DNA from: Pseudobdellovibrionaceae bacterium
GTDB lineage: Bacteria; Bdellovibrionota; Bdellovibrionia; Bdellovibrionales; UBA1609
DNA length: 64,000 bases
NCBI GenBank assembly: GCA_030591685.1
Contig: JAUVAX010000007.1
Span: 1 to 64,000, forward strand
Reading direction: 5' to 3'
In this document: piece by piece, positions 47,380 to 57,129 of the stretch
How the letters are laid out: every line of letters begins with the position of its first letter
Numbering within the stretch: position 1 is the first letter of the stretch
Notes under the pieces: generated by a model
The model's database searches: none
The model's input: only the letters and a program-made list of their open reading frames with translations
What the model was told of the DNA's origin: nothing
Made by a program: the position numbers and the translations under genes

Positions 47380-49524
47380 GTGGAAAAGGTTTTTAAGATA
47401 ATTGATAAAGAGGGCGTCGCACTTGTAGAAATTGATTTAAAGGGCGAGAAGGTGAATAAATTAAATGCTGATGTTATGGCTCAACTTAAAGAGGTTATCG
47501 CAGAGTTAAAGGTTTCAACGTTTAAAGCGGTTGTGTTTATATCTAGAAAAAAGAATATTTTCATTGCAGGAGCTGATATTGATGAAATCAAAAAAATAAA
47601 TAAAAAAGAAGATTTCATGAAGGTTCTTATTGATGCCCATGAAGTATTTAATGCTCTTGAGAGCTTACCGATGCCAACGATTTCAGCTATTCATGGGGCC
47701 TGTATGGGCGGAGGGGCCGAGTTTGCTCTTTCCTGTAATTACCGCATGAGTACAGATGATAAAAAAACAAAAATTGGCTTACCAGAAGTGCAGCTAGGCA
47801 TTATACCAGGATTTGGTGGTTGCATTAGGCTCCCCAGGCTTATTGGCTTGCCCGCGTCTTTAGATATCATTTTAGCAGGCAAATCGGTGATCTCAAAAAA
47901 AGCAAAAAAAATAGGACTTGTTGACCAAGTGGTACCGGTTGATCAACTAGAGTCAAAAGCGCTTAAATGGGCCCAAGAAGTTTCAACTCATAAAAATGCC
48001 CGGTTAAATACTTATAAGCCTAAATCTATAATGGATAAGTTTTTAAATTCTGCTCCGGGGCGAATAGTTGTTTTTAATCAAGCTAAAAAATCAGTTCTTA
48101 AACAATCCAAAGGTTTTTATCCGGCGCCTTTAAGAGCTCTAGACGTAATAAAAAAAACATATGCTTCAAAAAACTTTAGCAAATCCCTAGATATAGAGGC
48201 TAAAGCTTTTAGTGAGGTGGCAACAACTGAAGTGAGTCGTCACTTAATCAATCTTTTTTACATGCTAGAGGCCGTGAAAAAAAACACAGGCGTCGAGAGT
48301 GCCGATGTTAAACCTAGAGACATTAAAAAAATGGGAGTCTTAGGGGCAGGGGTCATGGGGGGCGGTATTGCTTACATCGGTGCAGACAAGGGTGTTGATG
48401 TGCGAATGAAGGACCTTACCCACGATGCCATAGCTAAAGGCTACAAGGCCGCCAGTGATATATGGAAAAAGAAACTTAATCGAAGACGGCTCACGGCCTA
48501 TGAGTTTGAAAAAAAAATGAGTCATGTCTCTGGAACTTTAGACTACTCTGGGTTTAGTTCAATGGATCTTGTGGTCGAAGCCATAGTTGAGGACATGGGG
48601 ATAAAAAAATCAGTTATTTCTGAGGTGGCACAAAAATGTAAACCTCAATGTATTATTGCTACAAACACATCATCCTTAAGTGTAAATGAAATGGCAGAGG
48701 CTCACCCTCGTCCCGAGTACTTTGCAGGGATGCATTTTTTTAATCCGGTTGATAAAATGCCTTTAGTTGAAGTCATAAGAGGTGTTAAAACTAGTGATGA
48801 AACTATAGCTACTATATTTTCGCTGGCTAAAAAAATGGGGAAAACACCTGTTGTTGTAAAAGATGGCCCTGGCTTTTTAGTCAATCGACTCTTGTTGCCA
48901 TTACTTTCAGAGGCTTTATTTTTACTCGAAGAGGGTGCTGATATAAAAAGTGTGGATCACTATTATACCCACGAATTTGGAATGCCCATGGGTCCTTTTA
49001 GGCTTATGGATGAAGTAGGTCTTGATGTGTGTGTTAAAGTGTTAAAGAGTTTTAAAAAATCATTAGGTGAAAGAATAGAAATATCAGAGCTTGCTGGAAA
49101 ATTTGAAGGCACCGGAAGGCTGGGTCATAAAAATAAAAAAGGCTTTTATTGTTATGATGAAAGGGGCAAAGCCACCAAGGTAGACGAAACTGTGTATGCC
49201 GATTTGGGGCTAAAACTTCCAAAAGGAGGACACAGCTCTAAAGAGTGTATAGAGAGAGGGGTCATGCAAATGATTAACGAGGCTTCTCGGGCCTTAAAAG
49301 AAGATCATATTGTGAACACTCCTGAAGAATGTGATTTGGCCATGATTATGGGGACGGGATTCCCCCCTTTTCGCGGTGGGCTTTTAAGGTATGCCGATAG
49401 TCTGGGCACTGAGTATATTGTACAAAAATTAGAAGAGTATCACTCTCGGCTGGGTATTCGATTTAAGCCCTCAGATAGTATAATAAGAATGTCTAAAAAT
49501 AAGACAACTTTTTATGCTAATTAG
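47380..49524 (+). CDS. Fatty acid oxidation complex alpha subunit (FadJ/FadB-like)
   Basis: AGADI, GLPEVQLG hydratase domain; GAGVMGGG, NTSSL, MHFFNPV dehydrogenase domain. Confidence 0.95.
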   Translation: MEKVFKIIDKEGVALVEIDLKGEKVNKLNADVMAQLKEVIAELKVSTFKAVVFISRKKNIFIAGADIDEIKKINKKEDFMKVLIDAHEVFNALESLPMPTISAIHGACMGGGAEFALSCNYRMSTDDKKTKIGLPEVQLGIIPGFGGCIRLPRLIGLPASLDIILAGKSVISKKAKKIGLVDQVVPVDQLESKALKWAQEVSTHKNARLNTYKPKSIMDKFLNSAPGRIVVFNQAKKSVLKQSKGFYPAPLRALDVIKKTYASKNFSKSLDIEAKAFSEVATTEVSRHLINLFYMLEAVKKNTGVESADVKPRDIKKMGVLGAGVMGGGIAYIGADKGVDVRMKDLTHDAIAKGYKAASDIWKKKLNRRRLTAYEFEKKMSHVSGTLDYSGFSSMDLVVEAIVEDMGIKKSVISEVAQKCKPQCIIATNTSSLSVNEMAEAHPRPEYFAGMHFFNPVDKMPLVEVIRGVKTSDETIATIFSLAKKMGKTPVVVKDGPGFLVNRLLLPLLSEALFLLEEGADIKSVDHYYTHEFGMPMGPFRLMDEVGLDVCVKVLKSFKKSLGERIEISELAGKFEGTGRLGHKNKKGFYCYDERGKATKVDETVYADLGLKLPKGGHSSKECIERGVMQMINEASRALKEDHIVNTPEECDLAMIMGTGFPPFRGGLLRYADSLGTEYIVQKLEEYHSRLGIRFKPSDSIIRMSKNKTTFYAN

Positions 49525-49685
49525 TACTATGATAGGGCGCTTCACTTTACGCCCAAGAGAGTCGCTATTGTATGTCAGGCGGTACGACCTAGGTTTGCGG
49601 ATATAAAATATCATTTTGTAACAATCTGCTGTCACTAAAGTTTAGTTATATTCATCTGAATTTTTAGTCAGAGGCTATATATATT

Positions 49686-49713
49686 TAAAATTAGATATTA
49701 TCAGCGCCGATAG
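49686..49713 (+). promoter_or_regulatory. FliA/sigma28-like promoter for the histidine kinase
   Basis: TAAAA followed by 15 nt then GCCGATAG, 21 bp upstream of the ATG. Confidence 0.5.
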
Positions 49714-49734
49714 GTTTCTTGTAAGGTGTAGATA

Positions 49735-52356
49735 ATGCTAATTAAACAGTCTTTTATATTAATTTCATGTTTTGTCCTCACGGGGATTTATTTTTACAAT
49801 TTACCTGGAGCCGAGGTGACTCCTTTATTTATTATTCCTGCCGCTGGTATTGGCTTAGGATACTTAATTGTATATGGGCGAAAAATTATACTCAGCCTGG
49901 TCATTGCCGTTGCGCTGTTTTCACAGTACGTAGTTATGGCTCCATTTACGAAAGAGCTTATCCCGGGCTCTGATTTAATTTTATTTTTAGCTATTTTTTT
50001 GGTCAGCATGTTACAAATTATTGTCGGGTGGTTGATATTTACTAAATGTATGTCTAAGAGGGACCATAAAAAAGGTCAAATTTATAAAGCTATTATGACG
50101 ACTGTTTTGGGCCTTTCAATGATAGGGGCATTAGGATGTATGATAGTCATGAGCCTGCGCCCTGAAGTGAATAGCTTTTTTGTTTTTGGAGTTTCAATTC
50201 GATTTTTTTCGGCCTTCATTGTGGGCTGTACATCCTCATTGCCAATAACACTGATTGCTCTTGGGTATGTGCCTGAGTCGAGTCGTAAGGTTAGGCAGTA
50301 TATCATATTTGGTTTAGTCAGCTTTTTTATAGCGAATGCTTTTTCTCTTTTTTTTGTAGACAAGAGCAATGTAAAGCAGGTGTTTGCACGGGTAGACAGT
50401 GGAGCTATTGAAAATAAACATTTTATGGAACTATCCCTAAATCAAGTATTAGAAACAGCAAAGTCATTTCAAAATTACTATTTAAGTTCAAACTATGTTG
50501 ATGAAAATGAATTTAAAACATTCTCAATGGGTGCCCTTAAATCAAACTCTCAAATTGATTCTTTATTTTTTGTACCAAATAATTATGAAGGAGACGGTCA
50601 TAAAATATTGATAACAAATAAACTTAAAGGCAGGCCATTGAGCATAAAAGTACTCGCCAGCAGTCTACCTAAAGAGTTATTTAACCCTGGTCGTGAGGCG
50701 AGTGGTCGATTTTTCGAGCTAAAAAATGAGGATTATCATAAAGTGGTTCATGTCACCCCGGTTAAAAATAAAAAACATGATTTAATAGGCTTTATAGGTG
50801 TTGTTGCAAGGTTAAAGATTCATAAATCGGTTCTTCTAGAGAGAGGCCGTAACGAAGATATTAATACTATAATTACAATTAAAGTTGGTGAGTCTTCAGA
50901 CAGGCAAATTTTTTCAACAGTTAGTAAGATAAATTTAAATCATCATAATCATCAACATCAACTCTATAGTAAAAAATCAGTTATAAGTCAGTATAATTTA
51001 AAAATAACAAGCGTGACTTCCTCTGGTCTGTTATCAGCGTACTTAATTATGGACGCTATGTACTGGTCACGTCTTTTTATTTCAATACTGTTTTCTGTTG
51101 TTTCAGTAAGTATTGCATTAATACTCCAAGAGCGTGAAATAAGCACGGCAGCAGCATTGGTGCAAAAAAATAAAGAGGTACAGCTCAGAGAGTTTACAGA
51201 GCTAAGGCTTCAACAGCTCAACAGAGATCTTGAAATTGAAATTATTAATAGAACACTTGAAGTGACCGAGAGAAACTTAGAATTAGAGTCTATGTTTTCA
51301 GCCTTCCCTGATATTTTGTTTAGAATCAGGACTGACGGCACTATTGTGAGCTATGAATCAGGCGAGGGGGCCGATTTATTTATTGACCCTAGGCTTTATA
51401 TAAATCAACCCATTACAGATATTTTTAGTGGTGAACTTTCTTCAAAGTTTTCGGAGTTAATAAGGCAAACCATTAATTTAGGTAACGTACAGACACTTCA
51501 GTATGATGATGTTATAGGGAAAACTAAAAAATGCTATGAAGTAAGAATGTCCTGTTATAGTGCTGATAAGCTTCTTGTTATTCTAAGAAATGTAACTTCA
51601 CAGGTATTAATGGAAGAGCTCATTGCAGAACAAAATTTAAAAGCCATTAATTCGGCAAAAATGGTGTCTTTAGGTGAGATGGCTGGGGGGATTGCTCATG
51701 AAATTAACAATCCGCTCACTATCATTGATGGATCGGCTCACTTAATAGAGGCTATGTATAGCAAAAACAGTGTAGACTTAAATAAGGTCAAAAAATCTTT
51801 ACAAAGAATTAGAAGCACAGTTCAACGGGTGGCAAAGATAGTCACTGGTTTAAGGACTTTTTCTAGAGATAGTACAGGGGATGCTTTAGAGCCGACTAAA
51901 CTCAGTGACTTTATAGAAGAGAGTTTAAGTTTATGTTATGAACGATTTAAAAATAACGGGTTTGAAGTTATACAAAACATTCAAAATGCAGATTTGTTGT
52001 TTGATTGTCGTAGGGTTGAGCTCTCACAGGTACTTGTAAATTTATTGAATAATGCATTTGATGCAGTTATGACGGTTGATGATAGATGGGTCCGTATTGA
52101 GACCTCTATTGCTGATGAGCAGTTATTAATATCAGTCACAGACACGGGCCCGGGTGTACCAGAGGATATAAGAGAGAAAATAAAGCAGCCATTATTTACA
52201 ACAAAAACTATTGGTCACGGAACAGGGCTAGGTTTAAGCATCAGCACAAGTATCGTGCGGCACCATGGTGGACGTCTTGTTTTAAATGAAACATCAAAGG
52301 GGACGGAGTTTATTATTTACTTGCCTCTGGCTCGTAAAGACAGCATTGCTGCTTAG
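49735..52356 (+). CDS. Membrane sensor histidine kinase (multi-TM, extracytoplasmic sensor, PAS, HisKA, HATPase)
   Basis: AHEINNPL H-box, NLLNNAFDA N-box, DTGPG, FTTK, GTGLGL; AFPD PAS start. Confidence 0.93.
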   Translation: MLIKQSFILISCFVLTGIYFYNLPGAEVTPLFIIPAAGIGLGYLIVYGRKIILSLVIAVALFSQYVVMAPFTKELIPGSDLILFLAIFLVSMLQIIVGWLIFTKCMSKRDHKKGQIYKAIMTTVLGLSMIGALGCMIVMSLRPEVNSFFVFGVSIRFFSAFIVGCTSSLPITLIALGYVPESSRKVRQYIIFGLVSFFIANAFSLFFVDKSNVKQVFARVDSGAIENKHFMELSLNQVLETAKSFQNYYLSSNYVDENEFKTFSMGALKSNSQIDSLFFVPNNYEGDGHKILITNKLKGRPLSIKVLASSLPKELFNPGREASGRFFELKNEDYHKVVHVTPVKNKKHDLIGFIGVVARLKIHKSVLLERGRNEDINTIITIKVGESSDRQIFSTVSKINLNHHNHQHQLYSKKSVISQYNLKITSVTSSGLLSAYLIMDAMYWSRLFISILFSVVSVSIALILQEREISTAAALVQKNKEVQLREFTELRLQQLNRDLEIEIINRTLEVTERNLELESMFSAFPDILFRIRTDGTIVSYESGEGADLFIDPRLYINQPITDIFSGELSSKFSELIRQTINLGNVQTLQYDDVIGKTKKCYEVRMSCYSADKLLVILRNVTSQVLMEELIAEQNLKAINSAKMVSLGEMAGGIAHEINNPLTIIDGSAHLIEAMYSKNSVDLNKVKKSLQRIRSTVQRVAKIVTGLRTFSRDSTGDALEPTKLSDFIEESLSLCYERFKNNGFEVIQNIQNADLLFDCRRVELSQVLVNLLNNAFDAVMTVDDRWVRIETSIADEQLLISVTDTGPGVPEDIREKIKQPLFTTKTIGHGTGLGLSISTSIVRHHGGRLVLNETSKGTEFIIYLPLARKDSIAA

Positions 52357-52402
52357 AATTTAAGCTAACTATGTAACATTATTGATCTTTGTCTCTTGTG
52401 GT

Positions 52403-52434
52403 CATTTACACTTTATTTTGTAACATTTACACTT
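52403..52434. promoter_or_regulatory. Direct repeat CATTTACACTT x2, candidate activator site
   Basis: Copies at 52403-52413 and 52424-52434, 21-bp period. Confidence 0.45.
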
Positions 52435-52511
52435 AGGATATGTATTTCTTGATCTTCACCCCCTCAAGTCGAGATAATCACACAATCAGTGGTTTCAATG
52501 TGGAACTAAGT

Positions 52512-52526
52512 AGGCACAGAGTTTGC
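52512..52526 (+). promoter_or_regulatory. sigma54-type promoter
   Basis: AGGCACAGAGTTTGC, GG-N10-GC with TTGC. Confidence 0.65.
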
Positions 52527-52601
52527 TACTGTAAGGGTAAGAGTGAGTCAGGTAAAAACTTGATGAACTCAATTGGGGATAATTAAAAAAAAGGGGGGGG
52601 G

Positions 52602-53303
52602 ATGAACACATCCGTCATATTTCATGGCATAGGAGCGCTTGATTTTGAAGAGCTTCGAATCAATTCAGTAAGAATACCAGAGGTATTATCAAGGATTAAA
52701 CAGGCAGAAAAAATTTGGTCTGATGCGGGCCTGCCATTTTTTGATTTTATTAACTTCATTGGTTCTGAAAATATAAGATTTTATGCAAATATAAAATTTA
52801 AATCTTTAGCTGTCGCGGTTGTTCAGGTGGGGCTATTTGATCGTTATTTAAAAAACAATCAAGACCCTCATTATTTAATAGGCAACAAAGTGGGTGACTC
52901 TGCTTTAATGTACCTTTCAGGGGAGACCACCTTTCCAGAGTTAGTTTTAAGCTCAAAGGCCGCGCTATCAATGGACGAGGGCTTTACGATAGAGCCTACG
53001 CAAACCTTATCGTCAGGGGTTGATGTCAGCCAGCTGACAACATATTATTTTAAGGATTATAAAAAGGAGATTTTGCTTGAGGGGACAAATCAAGGCCTGA
53101 GTCAATCTACTTTAATGAGGCATTTAATTGATGAACATGCTGTAAGCAAGTTTATTAATATTGGACCAGGGACAAGCTTTGATAGTCTAAAGTTAGAATT
53201 TAATCTAGAGGATCTCTGTTTTATGGAGTCGGTAGATTGTGACCCAATGCTCAATTGGTTTTGGAAGCACTTAAACCCTTTAGAGTTTCAGCAGGCACAG
53301 TAG
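52602..53303 (+). CDS. FabD/acyltransferase-like protein lacking catalytic Ser
   Basis: VIFHGIG resembles FPGQG; PHYLIGNKVGD resembles GHSLGE; FINIGPG resembles FIEIGPG. Confidence 0.55.
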   Translation: MNTSVIFHGIGALDFEELRINSVRIPEVLSRIKQAEKIWSDAGLPFFDFINFIGSENIRFYANIKFKSLAVAVVQVGLFDRYLKNNQDPHYLIGNKVGDSALMYLSGETTFPELVLSSKAALSMDEGFTIEPTQTLSSGVDVSQLTTYYFKDYKKEILLEGTNQGLSQSTLMRHLIDEHAVSKFINIGPGTSFDSLKLEFNLEDLCFMESVDCDPMLNWFWKHLNPLEFQQAQ

Positions 53304-53304
53304 T

Positions 53305-54420
53305 TTATATAACAGCCAGGTCAATATCAGGGGGCTTTTCTAAAAAAGTAGGCTTTAAGAACTCAGGCACGTTATCCCCTGGGGCTAATAAGCAATACAA
53401 GTTATAGGGGACCCCTTGTGATATAAATCCACGTGGTGGTAAAAAACTTTTTTGATTTTCAAAATTAAGGTAAGCTAAAAAATGAGTTTTTGGGGTGACT
53501 TGAAAAGCTCGTCTAAGCAAGCTATAAAAAATATCAGGATTATTGGCGTAAAGAAAATTAAGCTGCATCATATTCAATGTGTTGCTTGAACTGTTAAACA
53601 GAGCTCTTGTAATTCCTAGGTAAGAGAGCGTCTTTAGAGTTTGTTCAAAAGTTTTTACTCGTTTAGTTTTGTTAATGACTTGAATGGTTTCTACGTTGCT
53701 GGTGTCCCAAAGGGACGCACACCCAATAATATTTTTATCCTTATCAAAAGCCATTAAAAAATCACTAATTTTGAGCCCTGGCCAGTGGCTGATCATGCCT
53801 AATAAGTCCGTATGCTTTTGTGGTATGTAAAAGGGCATTAATTTTTGTCTATTTTTTATATAATCTTGAAGAGCGCTAATATCTGATACATGAGCCGGCC
53901 TGATATCAATAGTTGTTAAAGGGGATGAGGCCCAAGGGTAAATGCCATGTAAGGTTGTTATGTTAAAGCGTCGAAAGAGGTGATATCTAGGAAAATTTCT
54001 ATTTACTGACCTTGGCCTTATAAAGCTTCTATACGAGGCGACACGAGACTGAGCAATGGGGGAGAAAAAATACTTGCACTCTCTCTTTGCACGCTCTTCT
54101 AAAAGAACAGGTAAAAATATATCTGACCACGCGAGAAGGGCTTTTCTATTTTTGGCTATTCGCAGGTCAGTGGCGAGACCAATGGTTTGTTCTGAGGTGC
54201 CAATGACTACATTTACAAAAACTAAAGTGGCAGTGGCCTGAAGTTCATTTTTGTCATCCACAAGCATAAGTGTTATGTGATCATTGGAGAACAAATTATA
54301 CTTATCAAAAAAATTATGGGTTCTATTTAAAGTTATTTCCATGTTGCCAGGCAGGCTTAAGCTTGAAAAAAAGTTTGTTAATCGTTTTGAGTCTTTTGCC
54401 TCAGCGGTAACAACTCTCAT
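53305..54420 (-). CDS. Hypothetical protein, probable tandem GNAT-like fold
   Basis: GLATDLRI and IDIRPAHVSDI GNAT-like segments; ATG 54420 overlaps the upstream stop (ATGA). Confidence 0.6.
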   Translation of the reverse strand: MRVVTAEAKDSKRLTNFFSSLSLPGNMEITLNRTHNFFDKYNLFSNDHITLMLVDDKNELQATATLVFVNVVIGTSEQTIGLATDLRIAKNRKALLAWSDIFLPVLLEERAKRECKYFFSPIAQSRVASYRSFIRPRSVNRNFPRYHLFRRFNITTLHGIYPWASSPLTTIDIRPAHVSDISALQDYIKNRQKLMPFYIPQKHTDLLGMISHWPGLKISDFLMAFDKDKNIIGCASLWDTSNVETIQVINKTKRVKTFEQTLKTLSYLGITRALFNSSSNTLNMMQLNFLYANNPDIFYSLLRRAFQVTPKTHFLAYLNFENQKSFLPPRGFISQGVPYNLYCLLAPGDNVPEFLKPTFLEKPPDIDLAVI

Positions 54421-54986
54421 TTTGAGGGAACCCATTCCGTTTCACTAATACCATGGGACATATTTACAGCTCTACTTTGGCAGAACATTAAATCACTAAG
54501 TCTATTTACATAGATGAGTATTTCGGGATTAACGGGGGTCTCTGTGTTCAGTGATACGATGCCTCTCTCGGCTCGGCGACAGACACACCTAGTGATATGA
54601 AGCTGTGAACTGGCCTTGTGCCCACCAGGTAAAATAAAGTTTTTAAGTGGAGGCAGTTGAGCTTGAAGGTCATCGATCTGTCGCTCTATAAGTTCGATGT
54701 CATTTAGGCCTATAGGGGGAAGTTTTTTTGATAAACCCTCATCATCACAAGCTAAATGGCTGCCAATATTAAATAATAAGCTCTGTATGTGAGTGAGTTG
54801 TTCAATGACTTGGCGAGCAATGAGGTTTTCTTGTGGGTCCATAAGTAAGCTGATGCAAAGGCCAACGTGGGCGTTAAGCTCGTCAATAGATCCATAGGCA
54901 CAAAGGCGTGTATGTGACTTAGAAACTTTTTTCCCGCCTAATAATTGAGTAGTACCATTGTCGCCAATTTTAGTGTAAATTTTCAT
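54417..54986 (-). CDS. PduO-type ATP:cob(I)alamin adenosyltransferase
   Basis: MKIYTKIGDNGTT, AYGSIDELN, FILPGG, RCVCRRAER, NRLSD. Confidence 0.95.
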   Translation of the reverse strand: MKIYTKIGDNGTTQLLGGKKVSKSHTRLCAYGSIDELNAHVGLCISLLMDPQENLIARQVIEQLTHIQSLLFNIGSHLACDDEGLSKKLPPIGLNDIELIERQIDDLQAQLPPLKNFILPGGHKASSQLHITRCVCRRAERGIVSLNTETPVNPEILIYVNRLSDLMFCQSRAVNMSHGISETEWVPSK

Positions 54987-55048
54987 TCTTTAATGATAAT
55001 AACAGTTTGCAGCTTTATATATCAACGTCGCGTCAAAAAGGAGAGCTT

Positions 55049-55849
55049 ATGGGCTCATCAATCTTTCTGTCTTCTCCGCACTCTGGAGAGGTGGTTCCAA
55101 AAGAGGCCCCTTGGTTGCTTGATTTAGATGAGCTGACGCTGATGTGTGATGTGGACCGTTTTGTTGACGAGCTTTACGCCCCAGCAGCTGATCGGTTGAA
55201 AATAGGGCTCATCAACTCTCAGTGGCACAGGTATGCTGTGGACCTTAACCGAATGCCTGAGGATGTTGATTCATCTACGGTGCTTGGCCACTCTAATGGC
55301 GCTGGGAGCTTTTCGAGAGGACTCCACTGGAAAAACACGACAACAGGTCTTTGCTTAATGGATAAGCCGATCACTAAAGAGCTGCATGAGACTTTGATTA
55401 AAAAATACTATGAGCCCTTTCACAGCGAAATACGAAAAAAGTATGATGATTTTAAAGCACAAGGTATAAAAAAAGTCTATCATATGGACTTACACTCTAT
55501 GCCATCAGTGGGGACAAGTCAGCACAAGGACCCTGGTGAGTTTCGAGCCGACGTGGTTGTTAGTGATGTGAGTGGGCAAAGCTGTGATGATAATTTCACT
55601 CAACTGGTGGCTTCGTCTTATGAAAGGGCCGGGTTTAAAGTCATTTGTAATTGGCCCTATCAGGGCGGCCGAATCACTCAAATCTATGGTCGACCAAGCG
55701 AGGGGTGTAATGCCATCCAGGTAGAGCTCAATCGTTCTCTTTATATGAACGAGCAAACTAAACAAAAAAATGAGAATAGCTTTGAAGAGATTAAAAATAA
55801 ACTATTAAAGGCGTTAGAGGTAATAAAGAGTGAAGTTAAGACTCTATAG
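55049..55849 (+). CDS. N-formylglutamate amidohydrolase family protein
   Basis: SPHSG, DRFVDELY, VDLNR, DLHSMP, PYQGG, QVELNRSLY; start ATG 55049 after AGGAG. Confidence 0.9.
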   Translation: MGSSIFLSSPHSGEVVPKEAPWLLDLDELTLMCDVDRFVDELYAPAADRLKIGLINSQWHRYAVDLNRMPEDVDSSTVLGHSNGAGSFSRGLHWKNTTTGLCLMDKPITKELHETLIKKYYEPFHSEIRKKYDDFKAQGIKKVYHMDLHSMPSVGTSQHKDPGEFRADVVVSDVSGQSCDDNFTQLVASSYERAGFKVICNWPYQGGRITQIYGRPSEGCNAIQVELNRSLYMNEQTKQKNENSFEEIKNKLLKALEVIKSEVKTL

Positions 55850-57110
55850 CTTTTTAGTAGCAACCATTGTTAGTGTGCAGCTCAACGCTTTGCCCATTAC
55901 GCTTAAAGAAATTATTGTGCGTAGTTTAGAGAGCAATGACAAGCTCTCGTCCACTATGAGCAAGTACAAAAGCGAGGCACAGCTGTATAAGGAGGCTGTC
56001 CGGCGAGCCTTTCCTGCGATGGATGCCGACTTTTCAAAGTCGAGTCAAAAGGTCCCTAGCGCATGGTCCACCTTTGTTCAAAGCGAAACATACAATGCCA
56101 CAGTTTCTTTAACACAGCCTATTTATTTGGGCGGCGCGATTTGGCAAGGGCTTAAATTTAAGAAGCTTTTAGAGAAAATGAGTTATCAAAATTATAAGCT
56201 TGAAACCATAAGTATTCAAAGGCAGTTGCTTACATGGGCGTTGCAATATAAAAATTTATCAGGTCAAGTTTTATCCACGTCACAATCACTTAAAGATCAA
56301 AAAGAATTCGTGTTTTTGTCGAGAAAAAAAATCAAAAGAGGAGACGCAAAAAAGTATGAATACCAGCAAAGCTTATCTGAACTTTACTCTTATGAATCTC
56401 GGCTCAAACTGCTAAAAAATAAAAAAGAAGCCTTTAAAGGTAAAATAAATTCGGCTTTAAAAATCGACCTCAGTAGCCCTTTAAATATACATCTCCCTCA
56501 AGAGCCTAAAGATCTTTTTATTACAAAGCTTAAGATGTATGAGGAGTCCATAGCGGCTCGACCAGAAATAGTTTTAGCAAAGCTTCAAATTGAGCTTCAA
56601 GAGGTGAATAAAAAATTAGACATGTCTGTTCACCTGCCGAGTTTGAACCTTGTGGCTTCGATGGGGTATCAATCTACGAACTCGAATCAGCTGTTTGAAA
56701 ACGACTCAAAGAAAAGCTCGTTACTTTTATCACTAAAGGTGCCCATGTTTTCGGCGCTATCCTCTGTGAACTTAAAAAAGTCGGGAGAATTAAAGGTTTT
56801 AGAGGCGAAAAGTAAACGCAATCAGCTTTTAAGGGACCTTCAAGTGGCTTTAGAAATTAAGTATGTTAAATTTAAATCTTCAAGGAGTGTTTATTTAGAC
56901 ATTATGAAGTGGAAAGTGGCTGCGATTAAAGCCCATAAAGAGGGGCTTTCTCTATACAGACGTGGAGGACTCGATTACTCTCAGGTTTTGCAAATGCAAA
57001 AGGCGAGGGAGCGAGCAGAACTCTCTTATTTAGACTCAAAACAAGAATTATACCTAAGCTACTACGAATTAATTTTATCATTAGGAAGAGATGTTGTTAA
57101 ATACCTGTAA
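55830..57110 (+). CDS. TolC family outer-membrane efflux protein
   Basis: Signal peptide; two repeats with LTQPIYLGG and LKVPMFS strands, RPEI and LPSLNL motifs, long helices. Confidence 0.85.
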   Translation: MKLRLYSFLVATIVSVQLNALPITLKEIIVRSLESNDKLSSTMSKYKSEAQLYKEAVRRAFPAMDADFSKSSQKVPSAWSTFVQSETYNATVSLTQPIYLGGAIWQGLKFKKLLEKMSYQNYKLETISIQRQLLTWALQYKNLSGQVLSTSQSLKDQKEFVFLSRKKIKRGDAKKYEYQQSLSELYSYESRLKLLKNKKEAFKGKINSALKIDLSSPLNIHLPQEPKDLFITKLKMYEESIAARPEIVLAKLQIELQEVNKKLDMSVHLPSLNLVASMGYQSTNSNQLFENDSKKSSLLLSLKVPMFSALSSVNLKKSGELKVLEAKSKRNQLLRDLQVALEIKYVKFKSSRSVYLDIMKWKVAAIKAHKEGLSLYRRGGLDYSQVLQMQKARERAELSYLDSKQELYLSYYELILSLGRDVVKYL

Positions 57111-57129
57111 ACAAACCCCCAATAAACTT

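Noticed and set aside
49531..49590. Small hairpins after the fadJ-like gene as an sRNA or riboswitch
   Set aside because: Only 4-5 bp stems and no recognisable family motif.
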